Shown here piece by piece: positions 12,363-25,946 of a stretch of 64,000 bases of DNA (position 1 is the first letter of the stretch; each line of letters starts with the position of its first letter). Below the pieces are notes generated by a model. That model searched no databases and was not told where the DNA came from. It saw only the letters and a list, made by a program, of their open reading frames with translations. Source of the stretch: Eledone cirrhosa (taxonomy: Eukaryota); NCBI GenBank assembly GCA_964016885.1, contig OZ024741.1, positions 287,370,001 through 287,434,000 of the forward strand, read 5' to 3'. A program made the translations under genes and the position numbers.

Positions 12363-13069
12363 GTTAACAAACGATGCAGCAACACACGCACACACACACA
12401 CAAGCGAGACAGCAACACACGCACACACACACACACACTGTAGCATTCCACCATACGAACATACTACACTGCCAATACAGAGGAACAAGGCAACAACACA
12501 CGCACACACACACTCAAGCGAGACAACAACACACGCACATACACACACACAGTAACATTCACCAAACAGGCAGAGAATACTATGGACTGACAGCTAGCGC
12601 CACCCCACTCCCACAATTGAAAGAACTATTTCGGCCGCTGACCTCTGCTTGACCGACCCCATTTCACGCGCACGCACGCTCTGCTGAATACCTCAGATAT
12701 TCAAAACAACAAACAGCGGAGGACAAGTTTCGCACCTTTCCGACAGACAACCCCCCCCCCCCCCCCCGGAAAAACCCCAGTTGATGGATGTGAATCCGAA
12801 ATATATAGGGCCAATTAAATCTCTCCCAAGGTAACTCTATCTCGTGTTTTTATTTTTATTTTTATCCATTACGCTCTTTCCTACATTCTTCTACACGCTA
12901 CAGTCTTCTACACGCCACGCATTTCAACGTACACCCACTTACATCTCTTTCTCCACCACCGGATCTTGTTACCCGGAGTTTACCCATCTGCATTGTCGAG
13001 GCTTCCAAACGACTTAAAGAAATTTACCTTATTATTCCACAATGCTTCAAGCAAACTTCAATACTCTCT

Positions 13070-13131
<62 letters not shown>

Positions 13132-13538
13132 ACGAAGGAAGTGTGGTAAGGAACCAGATGGACCATAATGCACCAGAGTGCTCAATACTTGGGGTAGTAG
13201 AGTGGGTAATAGGAAAATGGTAACCCCGACGGCAGAGCTCAAGCCGTTTCGACGGCTATATCTAGACACATTTCTGGTGGAGTTATTGTTGTATATATAC
13301 ATATGCATATAATAATATTGAAACGAAGTCATCGGAAGAACCGGTATATCTAGGGTCGTTCTGTCACTCACTCAATGGTTTAATTAAGCCAACATCACTA
13401 GGATACCAACCAAAAGGAAAGCAGAGTGCACACTCATACGTTAATAGTGAGAGAAACGATTTCGTGTGGGTAGAGAATTTACGTATACATATATATATAT
13501 ATACATATACATACATAAATTCTCTACCCATACGAATT

Positions 13539-13623
<85 letters not shown>

Positions 13624-13631
13624 GCGTGTGT

Positions 13632-13667
<36 letters not shown>

Positions 13668-13893
13668 ATATATAGGTGTGTTTGTGTGTGAGTGTCTCCG
13701 TACGAATAATTTGATGTTAATTCTGTAATGTTTAATGGAATCAATTGTGAAATATATTAAGCTAAGGCTGGGTGTATTTATTGTTTATCAATGGGACAAC
13801 GTATTGTCTCGTCTCATGTGACTTTTAACATAAAATGCACTCAACATAGACACACCACTAGCTGTATTCATTGATACTGCTCTACATTATCTT

Positions 13894-14139
<246 letters not shown>

Positions 14140-14425
14140 CTGGTAGTCTTAAATGTAGTGGGAGTAGTAGTCGTTGTAATAGTATTTGTCGTTGTTGTGG
14201 TGGTGTTGTTATTGTTGTTGCGGTGTCGTTATTGTTGCTGTTGTAGTTGTTGTGGTGTTATTATTGTTGTTGTTGTTGTTGCTGTTACTATATGATGTTT
14301 CAGTAGTAGTTGTTACGAGTTGCATAATTGCATTATCTACTTTCCTCGTCCTTAGATATGTAAATGTTTCTCTAGGACTATGTATTTATGTTTGTAGTAT
14401 GTTTGCATGTAAGCATGCATGTATG

Positions 14426-14457
<32 letters not shown>

Positions 14458-14460
<3 letters not shown>

Positions 14461-14986
14461 TGTAGATAAATCTACCAAGAGTTTACGGTAGTGTCCAATC
14501 CGTATGAAGAACTCAATGTATTCCGGATATCATGGAAAGAAGAGATGTAATGAAAATCCACTTTCGGTGAAAGATAAACGGTATACAGAGTCAAGATAAA
14601 ATATTAAACAAATAATGAACAAACAATTCCTTATATTAAACAAAAAAAGTTCACTATTTAACGATCGTTTCTAGGGTATATATGTGTTATAATTGGTATG
14701 CATATTCAACAGATCTATGTACAAAATTATACAAAATTATACAAATTATCAAGATTAAATATACATACCTAACACATATATACGCCGTCTTCAGAACTGA
14801 AGACGGCGTATATATGTGTTAGGTATGTATATTTAATCTTGATAATTTGTATAATTTTGTATAATTTTGTACATAGATCTGTTGAATATGCATACCAATT
14901 ATAACACATATATACCCTAGAAACGATCGTTAAATAGTGAACTTTTTTTGTTTAATATAAGGAATTGTTTGTTCATTATTTGTTTA

Positions 14987-14995
<9 letters not shown>
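14458..14995 (-). mobile_element. TA-flanked fold-back element: 199-bp inverted arms with a 2-nt spacer, plus an unpaired tail
   Basis: Arms 14596-14794 and 14797-14995 centred on TCTTCAG-AA-CTGAAGA; tail 14458-14595. Each arm contains CTGAAGA, a long stem II (GTATATATGTGTTA/TAACACATATATAC) and GAAAC GATC GTT. Confidence 0.85.
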
Positions 14996-15051
<56 letters not shown>

Positions 15052-15258
15052 TCTTCTGCTTTCATTATTGAGGTTAACTTTGCCTTTCATCCTTACGGGG
15101 TCGATAAAATAAAGTACCAGTAATGCACTGTGTTATTGCTGGCCTTGTGCCGAAAGAAGAAATAATTATTTTATTAATTTTTTTGTGTGTATGTATAGAT
15201 GAACACACGTGTGTATTTGTAAACTTTGACTTATGTACGCATTGACACACACACACAC

Positions 15259-15330
<72 letters not shown>

Positions 15331-16050
15331 ACAGGGAGAAAGAGACGATTATGAGGAAGAAAAAAAAATTTTTTTTCCTTTTTTTTGTCTCTCTCTCGCT
15401 TTTTTCTGGGTTAGAAAATGATTAAAACGAAATGTTTTACTTTGTGTGAAGTGTTAAGGTATTAGTTGATTTATTTATTATTTAACAATGGCATTTATTT
15501 ATCTATTTAAATATTTAATTATTGTCTATTACCGGTTTCTGCATTTATATGCATTATCAAATGATAGTGGAATGTATTAGTGTGGTGTCGCACATGTTAA
15601 ACAGAAGGTGCAGAAAGAATAATGTTATATACAAACAAGGTTTAAGAAGTGAAAAGAAAAAAGAAAAAGGAAAAAAAAAACGTATGTGTAACGTAAAAAG
15701 TCAATGTGGAAGAAAAAATAATGTTATTTACACGCACAGTCATTGAAGTTAAGCAGTTCAAAATGTGTTAATATCGCAAGAGTGCTTAGTTCAATCATGG
15801 TTCCGTGAAGGAGGCAAATGGTGGACTGTGGTTTGATATGATTTCCCTTTTTAGAGAGTTAATATGCAGGGGAAAGCAATTCTTGTTGGGTGATATTTAA
15901 TTTATTTAAGAAAAAGGATTAGGTAGGGTGTGAGGGAGGTAACTCTTGTAAATGTTTGATGTTTTGTTGCAGTTTTAGATTGGTCCGATTTTTAGGGCAT
16001 TGAGTAGTGGTTGAAATTTTTTATGGTGCGTTGGATGAAAGTAGCGTTGT

Positions 16051-17285
16051 CTATGAATTTATAAATGGGGAAATTTTAAAGTTTGGATGTTGGTTGAGAG
16101 CACAATTGGCGATATGTTCACTAAATGCAATCTTTCTGTATTCCTGTATTTTAATTTGTGATTTATGGACGGTCATACGTTGACGGAGGCTGTATTTTGT
16201 CTGTTTTATGTAGTGCTCTTGACAACCTGAGCAGGTCAAAACATAGATAAGGTTTTCAGATGCACATGTAAAGTTGTGTTTAACTGTGAAACGTTGTCCT
16301 TGTTTAAAATGGAATGTTGAACCTTCTTTTAGATTTATGCATATGCCACAGTTGGGCCTTCCGCATTTTGTTACTGTAGGGTTTATTGTGAGGGTTTGTT
16401 GGATTTTGGCTTGTGTGAGGATGTTTTTTATGGATTTGGGTTGTCTTTTGCTCTTTATGATGTTGTGTGTTTGGAGGATATTGTTCATTCTTGTGTCTCA
16501 TTTTAGTAAAGGAATGTTCTGGAGGATGGTGTCGAATGCCTCATTGTTGGGGGGGTTGTGTTTGGAGATGTATGGTAGAGTTTTTTTATTGTGGTTCACT
16601 CCTGGGTTTGGGGTGTCTGAGTTTCTGGATGTCTAGTTTTAGGGCACGTTGGAATCCATTGGTGATTAGGGATGGTGTGTTTTTTAATTCTTCTAGTCGT
16701 GTGTAGCATGTGTATTTATTTGAAACTATTGTGCAGATCCTTCTGGCTAGGTTTTAAGGAATTGCCATTTTGGTGTGTCTAGGGTGGCACGAGTTGAATG
16801 GAAGGTATTGTTTGTAGTCTGTGGGTTTGTAGTATATGTCTGTTTCTATTTTGTTGCTTGTTTTCTTGATGAGGATGTCGAGGAAAGGGAGTTGTTCATG
16901 GCTGTAATCCATTGTGAATTGTAGGTTAGTGTTGAGCTCATTCAGAAGGGTTTTGAACTCAAACAGTCTATCTATACTTTCATGCCAGAGGATGAAGCAG
17001 TCGTCCAGATATCTCTTCCAGTTCTTTTCTATGTGTTGGTAGAGGTGGTTGCCGTATTTGTCTAGAACTTTTCGGTAGAGAATGGTTTCCAAATATCCCA
17101 TGGCAGTCCCAGATTTCTGTCTGTAGTATTTGGCATTGAATTCGAAGAAATTGTTTTCCAAGATGAATTTGAGTCCCTCCAACACAAATTCTTTAGGGAT
17201 GCGCTGTGGAAGTTTACTAGGGAAATTTTCCATCCAGAATTGTATTGCCTCTATACCTAGGTTGTGTGGGATATTGGAATATAAA
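16051..17285 (-). pseudogene. Inverted second copy of PLE RT C-terminal half, thumb and GIY-YIG (disrupted)
   Basis: ORFs 16754-17335 and 16051-16488 match the plus-arm proteins. This copy keeps ETDIYYKPTD..YLPFNSCHP but lacks TKVAPSYANLVMG. Confidence 0.92.
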
Positions 17286-18455
17286 CTATACAACAAATAC
17301 AATGAGGATGACTCAATAGCCAGAAATAGAAACACCTACACCCCACCAAAAAGCAAGAATAAATTCCTCGATCAATTCTGCGAACACATGACTAATTACC
17401 CATACCACCACCTACACAGACATAAACAAAAACCAAACCTAAGCAAAAAACAATGGAATGGTCTTAACAGTCTAAAAAACGACAAAACCCTAACAATCAA
17501 AGAGGCAGATAAAGGGAGTGCAGTAGTCCTTATGGAGCCAGATTATTACACAACTCTAGTACTCTCAACTCTAGAAAACCAAACATATTGTGAAAAGGCC
17601 CAAAACTACACACAACAGAAAATAATGAGAAACCTAAAATCCCTAACAACCCTTTACAAAGAAGGCCTTACAGACAAGGAATACAACTACATCACCAATT
17701 TCAAAAGCAGAACCAGCCTCTTCTACGGTATCCCCAAGACACACAAAAACGAAGTAATAGGCAGGGCCTGCAAGCAAGCCACAGAGGTTTACATCAATAT
17801 AGCACTTCCTGATGACCTTAAATTAAGACCCATAATATCAGGCACCACATGTGAAACCCATCGCCTAAGCAACTTCATAGATATTCTGCTTAAACCTTTC
17901 CTAAAACATATAAAAAGCTTCATAAGGGACGACCTTGCCATGCTCAACCACCTCCCAACAACACTCAATAACGAACATACCTACTAGTAACCTTTGATGT
18001 CATCAATTTATATTCCAATATCCCACACAACCTAGGTATAGAGGCAATACAATTCTGGATGGAAAATTTCCCTAGTAAACTTCCACAGCGCATCCCTAAA
18101 GAATTTGTGTTGGAGGGACTCAAATTCATCTTGGAAAACAATTTCTTCGAATTCAATGCCAAATACTACAGACAGAAATCTGGGACTGCCATGGGCACGA
18201 AAGTGGCCCCCTCATACGCCAACCTTGTCATGGGATATTTGGAAACCATTCTCTACCGAAAAGTTCTAGACAAATACGGCAACCACTTCTACCAACACAT
18301 AGAAAAAAACTGGAAGAGATATCTGGACGACTGCTTCATCCTCTGGCATGAAAGTATAGATAGACTGTTTGAGTTCAAAACCCTTCTGAATGAGCTCTAC
18401 ACTAACCTACAATTCACAATGGATTACAGCCATGAACAACTCCCTTTCCTCGACA
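17286..18455 (+). pseudogene. PLE reverse transcriptase (5'-truncated, frameshift near 17980, internal deletion near 18455)
   Basis: IKEADKGSAVVLM, FYGIPKTHK, LRPIISG, TFDVINLYSNIP, GTAMGTKVAPSYANLVMG, RYLDDCF and LPFLD are diagnostic PLE RT motifs. Confidence 0.93.
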
Positions 18456-18552
18456 AAAAACTCTACCATACATCTCCACACACAACCCCCTCAACAATGA
18501 GGCATTTGACACCATCCTCCAGAACATTCCTTTACTAAAAAGAGACCCAAGA

Positions 18553-19086
18553 ATGAACAATATCCTCCAAACACACAACATCATAAAGAGCAAAAGACAA
18601 CCCAAATCCATAAAAAACATCCTCACACAAGCCAAAATCCAACAAACCCTCACAATAAACCCTACAGTAACAAAATGCGGAAGGCCCAACTGTGGCATAT
18701 GCATAAATCTAATAGAAGGTTCAACATTCCATTTTAAACAAGGACAACGTTTCACAGTTAAACACAACTTTACATGTGCATCTGAAAACCTTATCTATGT
18801 TTTGACCTGCTCAGGTTGTCAAGAGCACTACATAAAACAGACAAAAAACAGCCTCCGTCAACGTATGACCGTCCATAAATCACAAATTAAAATACAGGAA
18901 TACAGAAAGATTGCATTTAGTGAACATATCGCCAATTGTGCTCTCAACCAACATCCAAACTTTAAAATTTTACCCATTTACAAATTCATAGACAACGCTA
19001 CTTTCATCCAACGCACCAATAAGGAAACACATTTCATTAAAAAATTTCAACCACTACTCAATGCCCTAAAAATCGGACCAATCTAA
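18553..19086 (+). pseudogene. PLE GIY-YIG endonuclease with Cys-rich linker
   Basis: KCGRPNCGIC...FTCASENLIYVLTCSGCQEHYIKQTKNSLRQRMTVHKSQI...KETHFIKKFQPLLN. The YIG motif reads YIK in both arms. Confidence 0.92.
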
Positions 19087-19794
19087 AACTGCAACGAACC
19101 ATCAAACATTTACAAGAGTTACCTCCCTCACACCCTACCTAATCCTTTTTCTTAAATAAATTAAATATCACCCAACAAGAATTGCTTCCCCCTGCATATT
19201 AACTCTCTAAAAAGGGGAATCATATCAAACCACAGTCCACCCTTGGTTCAACTAAGCACTCTTGCGATATTAACACATTTTGAACTGCTTAACTTCAATG
19301 ACTGTGCTTGTAAATAACATTATTTTTTCTTGCATATTGACTTTTTACGATCCACATTGTGCACGTTTTTTTCCTTTTTCTTTTTTCTTTCCACTTCTTA
19401 AACCTTGTTTGTATATAACATTATTCTTTCTGCACCTTCTGTTTAACATGTGCGACACCACACTAATACATTCCACTATCATTTGATAATGCATATAAAT
19501 GCAGAAACCGGTAATAGACAATAATTAAATATATAAATAGATAAATAAATGCCATTATTAAATAATAAATAAATCAACTAATACCTTAACACTTCACACA
19601 AAGTAAAACATTTCGTTTTAATCATTTTCTAACTCAGAAAAAAGAAACAGAGAGACAAAAAAAGGAAAAAAAAATATTTTTCTTCATCATAATCGTCTCT
19701 TTCTCCCTGTTTTCATATATATATATATATATATATATCCTAACTCGTGTGCCTCCTCTCCACATTTTATTATTATATATATATATATATATAT

Positions 19795-20280
19795 AAATTA
19801 ATATATATGGTGAAACACAAATACCAACACATCTGTATTTATATTGCAAAAGAAAATTTAGCCAGAATGTGCGTTACACAGTCTTTTAAATTATTTAGAA
19901 GTGAAGCATATCAATTTGTCCCTGGATGTTTACTGAAGAGAGCAGGACTTGATATTCCTTACACTTATTAATCTCGAAACATATTTGGATTTTAAAGTTT
20001 AAACTTATCTACGGAACAGGTTTGATTTTGAAATTTAAATGTGTCTAAACATCATGGCCATTTGGCAATGCAGTTCGTCTTTGTTGATTTATTATTTTAA
20101 ATCGATATGGACAAACTGTAATATTATAATTAGTATACTTCATTCTGGCTAAATTTTCTTTTGCAATATAAATACAGATGTGTTGGTATTTGTGTTTCAC
20201 CATATATATTAATTTATACACGGCTCAGAAATATTTCTTTCTTCGAGCTAATTCCATTTGTAAAAGAATTCATTACACTT

Positions 20281-20283
<3 letters not shown>
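19795..20283 (+). mobile_element. TA-flanked element with about 75-bp inverted repeats and an internal hammerhead
   Basis: 19795-19869 is the reverse complement of about 20142-20216; unpaired tail extends to about 20283. Confidence 0.7.
19928..20004 (+). ncRNA. Type I hammerhead ribozyme motif
   Basis: GTTTA CTGAAGA GAG...CTC GAAAC atatttggattttaaa GTT TAAAC: 5-bp stem I, intact core, GUU triplet. Confidence 0.7.
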
Positions 20284-20343
<60 letters not shown>

Positions 20344-20562
20344 TCTCAATGTATGCATAAACGTTAAACTTCAGGAATGGTTGACATTTTTTTTCCTATT
20401 CCACTAATGGTTTGTAAATGGATGTGTATACTGTAAACACACATAATGTATATATTTTTATATATATACATGCGTACATACATATATACACACATATACT
20501 TGTATATCTATCTACGTAATTATCCGTATATATATATATATGTGTGTGTGTGTGCGTGAGTG

Positions 20563-20593
<31 letters not shown>

Positions 20594-21159
20594 TATATGT
20601 CTGTGTGTGTGAGTGAATGTATTTATAATTTATACAAGTTGGTATGTATGAAACTATGCGTATTTTCCGTATTTTTTTATGTAAATATATTAAAAATGCC
20701 GATAATTCTAGATGCAGCTCTTTATTTACATTCAGATATGAGTTATATATGAATATATTTAGTGTATGCATATGTGTTATGAATATGCCTGTGTTGCGTC
20801 ATCATATATGTTTCATTTATATATTTTACAAATGGCATTTTTGCTCCATTTTCTCTAAAGACTCCATATTTAATTTTTTTTTTTTTTTAATTTCTTCCTT
20901 TCATAACAGACAATTATTGTAAAAGAATTTATTAAAGAATTCATATTTATATAAGTTCTTTGCTGTTACGTAAGCAGAAACTGTCCATCATTTACAGACT
21001 GAATGCATTACATAATTTCGTTTAACTTTCTATATTTTAAGATAGAATTTTTCCCAAGTGAACTTTGCTTTATTTATTTCTAGGGTCGATGAAAAATAAT
21101 TGGAAGTTGCAAAACAAATTAACCTGCCGTTACGGTGAGTGAAACTGATATCAATATAC

Positions 21160-22970
21160 AGTGCAAGGTAGAGTTGTTAGAGTGTTGGACGTTTGTACCG
21201 ACTGTCTGCTCTCTCATTTCATATCGTAGAGAAGGCAATTCAGCTTTTCATTCGTCTGGGGTCAACAAAATAAACAAGTCAAATACTGCGATTGATGTAA
21301 TCGGCGTATCTCTCCCTTTAAAACTGCTGGTCTGGTGCCTAAATTACAAACCACTATTTTAAGGTTGGAGGATTGTCAGAATTGGTAGGGTGGCGAATAA
21401 AATGTCATCGCGGTATTTAACATTTTGAATTCTAATCCGGTCGAGATCAACTTTATTCTTAATTCTTCTGAGATCGATAAAATAAAATACCCGTCAATAT
21501 TTTATGTTGATTTAATCAGCTTTATCCTTACCCCAAATTTACTGGCCTTCTTCATTAATTAAATATAAATATTTTTTTTAAATCCTACGCAATACGAAAT
21601 TTCTTTTTTTTTTTTACCTTATGTTGTACGAAAAATATTGTTTATTGTCAAAATTATACATGACGAAGATATTCCAGTTCAGGAGTTTCAGTCTTTCGTG
21701 TATGTTGTTATGATTTTTACATAAAACACACAAATGCCATTTGATCTTCAATACTTAGTAGTTGTTTCTAATTAAACCAAATAGCTCTGGTTGGCAAAAT
21801 ATCATGGAGTATTATTTATAGAATGCCTTCATATGTTTTGAACCCCTAATGCCTACGCCTATTCTTTTGTTTTTTTTTTCTATTTAGGAGACTGAAAATA
21901 CGTCTCATCAAATATATGTAAGGACTCGTAACTCCTCATCTAGTCGTAGTGGAGCCGTAGTTGCATGCGGAATTTCTGGGGTATTATAAAACTGACGAAG
22001 CCGATCGCGATCCAGAACAAAACACAGCGAAAATTCTCTTTAAAGAATGGGAAGGAGTGCTAAAGAGAAAGTGAGAAAGAAATATAGAGGGATAGACGAT
22101 CTTAGTACTTGACTGGTTCTTTTTTATCTACCACGAAAGGATGGAAGGCAAAGTTCACCTTAGCGAGATTTGAAATCAGAATACAGACAGCCAACGATTC
22201 TGCCAATTGGCCACCTATAAATACCATCAAATACATGCATCAAATAAACCACCAAGTGTGTCACTGCATAAAATATTTGAACAAAAATAAGAGTGCATGC
22301 GAAGACGGCCGTATCCAGAAATTAGAGAGTACAAGACAAAATACCATTATCTGTTAGTTCTAATCTCTTTGTTGCAACTTCAAACTCTCCTTTTCGTCGT
22401 TCAATGTGTGATAAACTAAGTAGGACTCTTGTACTAAGTCATCCGCATCTTCCCGAATTTATGACCTTGTGTCAACGAGGAAAGAAATTATCAGTAGAGG
22501 AGTTATTTGGCAGAAACAGTGGAGAGTTGTGAAAAATGCCATATGCCATGCGGCATTTAACTACAATATTTAGCTTTTGCTGTAAAACCACACTAGAATT
22601 TTTTATCGGTGTTCATGGCCCTTTCTATTAGGGGTGGAGGAATTGAGGCATACAAGAGGAAGTTACCCTTAAACAGGTGACCTTACCCAAATATTGCTTC
22701 GAACTTCGCTAAAGACTCCCAAGGACTAAGTGACGGTGTTAAACAAAGAGACGGATTTAGTCAACCACACAAGAACTCAGAACGCAAAGAACCGAAACAA
22801 ACACCACAAGGCATCTCGTCAGACGCTCTGACAATTCCACCTATCTAACGTCCTGGGTCGGTACTTTCTTTTATCGCCCCGAAAGAGTAAATGGTATGGG
22901 TGAACTGGTCGTGATTTAATCTCAGAGGGCAGTAAACCGGAAGAAACACTGCAAAACACTCTGATCATTC
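21160..22970. mobile_element. Cluster of old, diverged family-1-like SINE copies
   Basis: Degenerate cores near 21240, 21450, 22110 and 22860 (TTTTCATT..GGGTC.A.AAAATAAA or its reverse complement). Confidence 0.6.
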
Positions 22971-23008
22971 ATTGTCTTTTGATTTTTAGCTTCCCCACTC
23001 TAGTGTAT

Positions 23009-23510
23009 ATCTATATATTAATTTCAACAATGTCAGTATTCCGTGTGTCATAATTCTCGATTATCATTGGTTCATAAGTTTCAAACGACTCCTCCCACCT
23101 TAACGACGCCAAACTTAAATTAATATGCATAATGCCAATGAGGGAGTGAGAGGGGAGAGTAAGAAACAGAGAGGCAAAGTGAACGCTGTAACTATTACCA
23201 TGTGTACGTGTGTATGTACGTGCGCGTATGTTTATGTGTGTGTGCGTGCGTGCGTGCAGCGTTCCACAGAAAGTAAAAGCAATTCGACTTTATCAAACAG
23301 TGAACTACAGCGGCGACGGGGTGCAGCCAGGAATGAAGAAAAACGGGCCGATCAGCGCCATCGGAACGCCGAACTTCAGAGGCGAAGACGTGCCGCCATG
23401 AATGAAGAGGAGCTGACTGAACAACGCCAACGAAACACTGGAGCCAAGCAGCGACGGCGTGCTGCGATGGTTGAAGATGAACTGGCTGAGCATCATCTTT
23501 TATATTAATT
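23009..23510 (+). mobile_element. Probable Helitron 5' fragment with STPR-like 23-aa repeats
   Basis: 5' TCTATATATTAA start. ORF 23125-23508 has about three 23-aa repeats (NAELQRRRRAAMNEEELTEQRQR), as in N-termini of metazoan RepHel proteins. No Rep or helicase domain present. Confidence 0.5.
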
Positions 23511-24681
23511 ATCTCTATCTATATCTACATATAATATAAAAGATTGGAACTTCCATCATCCTTTTGGAAACGTGGAATAACCACGTCTATGCAATGATAC
23601 ATGTTTTACAGTCAGGCATCTAAATTAGTACCAGTAATGTAGATACGTTGAGAACAATAATAATATATCTCTTCTTTTTTTACAATTGCTTGATTTCCTA
23701 CCAGTAAAATGGATAAACCTGTGAAAATTTATTGTGGATTTTCTATCAAATTATGACTTTCATTCATTCTCTCCCCCTTCAATACTAGAGTAGGGGATTT
23801 GATGGTCAATAATCGTGAATGTAATAAATCATGAGTTCCATAGATTAATATTTTGTGGCGACATAAGGAACCATCATGGACTAAACACCTTGACTTATTT
23901 AGATATGCCTCTTTATATCCAGAGTTAAAATCTCGTAGGATGTCCCGGGTGGAAGTTGGGGGCTATAGTAGTATCATTTGAATGTATATTTTAGTATATA
24001 TACTGCTAAATGTCCAGCCGAAATCAACTTTGCTGTCCATCCTTCCATTGTCGACAAAATATAGTACCAGTGCTATAATGGAATTGATTAATCAACTTTA
24101 CCCTTTCTCCAAATTGTATCTAAAATAGAAATCAATATATAATGATAAATAAACGAACTGGCACATAAATAGAACATCGAATAAGTTACCGTTTGGGTGT
24201 TGTTCTGGATCCCTGTACTCCAATATTTTCTTTCATCCTTTCGGAGTCGATAAATAAAATACTCCAATATTACATTACTAAAACTAGTTCTTCTTTCTCT
24301 CCTTTCTTCTGGATTGTACATATAATTCAAAGGAAACTGAACAGTCATCATCGAGACCAATGGAAGATTTCATAAAAATGTCTGGCTTTATGACTAATTT
24401 AGAAAACATTAGTTTTAGAATATGTTATCGACTGCACTTATATTATTTATAATAGATATTCAGTTCAATTTTTATTTAGGTTAATCATACATATTCTGAA
24501 CAAAAGGGTTGTCGCTAAAAGGTTTCAACAGGCCTGATATACTTTGCTTACGACACTGAAAGTAGAGATTCGAACGGAATAAATGCCACATTGTATTTTT
24601 ATAAGAGCGAACTAGATTACCGTATTTTTTCACTAATATTTACACATATACACACATATATATGTATATGTATAATCACAT

Positions 24682-24736
<55 letters not shown>

Positions 24737-25314
24737 CTAACGAGGACGCATTTTTTGCAACCATACAACAACTATATATATATATATGTATGATTTATAC
24801 ACCACTCAGTAAAAACGTACACCGATGGATAAGCGCATTCTGTTATTCCCTTCGTACACAAAGGACATAAGCAATTATCTCTACATGTTTCATCGCCAAT
24901 TGATCTTTAATCAGAAGTCAAGAACACTTATCCTTTCGTCGAAGAAAAGGATTAATAGTCAAGCGATTTATACAGCAAACACAAACTGGGAAAATGTCTG
25001 AATTGGCTAGCTCTGGTTACATGTCCGTAAGCATCTATATATGTATTTATGTATATATGTATTTATGTATATATGCATGTATCTTTGTATATACGTATAT
25101 CTATATATATATATATATATATTCATTTAGGTTTGTTGGTTCACAACTGGATAGAACTGGTCATTCCGTATGTAATATTGATGTAATATTAGGGAGAGCA
25201 CTCGACGTAATGCAACTCACCCGTCTTCGTTTGTGTCATTGGTGGTGCGAGTACGGAGTTAATTATCATAAAATAATAGAAGGTTGGACTGGTGTAATTC
25301 CTTAAAGGTTTATT

Positions 25315-25372
25315 ATACTATGAACATTTCAATGACCGGGTTCAATAGGAATCCGGTGACATCACCAGGTAA
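25315..25372 (-). ncRNA. Degenerate hammerhead motif in a TA-flanked element (about 25123-25492)
   Basis: Minus strand TAC CTGGTGA..CCGG..CCGG.. GAAAT gttc ATA GTA. The sister copy at 45256-45313 has CTGATGG, so the two-copy consensus restores CTGATGA. Confidence 0.55.
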
Positions 25373-25489
25373 TCCGAATTCCGAAATTTAACAAAGGAAT
25401 ATAATAGACACAATCCAAGGGGCTGAAAGATGCCCATGACGAGAAGGCGGCCAAAAAATTAACAGTTGCCAGTCCGTGTGGCCGCCTTC

Positions 25490-25520
<31 letters not shown>

Positions 25521-25861
25521 CTGTGAAACCTCGGTTCACGAACTTAATTCGTTCCACCGTTCGAAATGTTTGTAAACCGAAACTATTTTTAGAACACAAT
25601 GTGACCTTGAATAGAAGGTTTCAACGAGATTAGGCTGTGCGCGCTATAGTTTTTGTGATAGATGCTCATCGTGTAAGGTTTTCTTGAAGATTCTGCTCAA
25701 GCTACAGATTCATTTATGTTTATTGAACAATGAAAATAAAACAAAAGTCGAAGATAGGTAAAACAATGACCTAATCAACAAACTATCTTCGACTTTTGTT
25801 TTATTTTCATTGTTCAATACAGACACACACACTCACATCATATATATATTACTACTACAGA

Positions 25862-25946
25862 GGTCCGACGAGCTTTTGATTCTAGAGTCGTGCCAGATTG
25901 ATACAGATCGAACTTTGAGTTGATCAGTGGCGAAACGCGCGTCACC
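25862..25946 (+). ncRNA. Hammerhead-like motif with core variant CCGACGA in a TA-flanked element (about 25850-26097)
   Basis: GGT CCGACGA GC...GC GAAAC GCGC GTC ACC, with palindromic stem III loop and GUC triplet. A related sequence with GAAACGCGCGTC occurs at about 54245-54335. Confidence 0.55.

Larger units (their letters stand above)
15327..19714. mobile_element. Penelope-like retroelement (Neptune-like) arranged as a large inverted duplication in (TA)n
   Basis: The minus arm 15327-17285 is the reverse complement of about 18007-19714 of the plus arm 17286-19714. Both arms end CCCTGTTTTC followed by (AT)n. A third copy of this end lies at about 31955-32056. Confidence 0.93.

Noticed and set aside
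17130-17987. 285-aa ORF as a genuine protein with a novel N-terminus
   Set aside because: The first 52 or so residues are the antisense of RT from the inverted arm; the ORF is a chimera across the inversion junction at about 17285.
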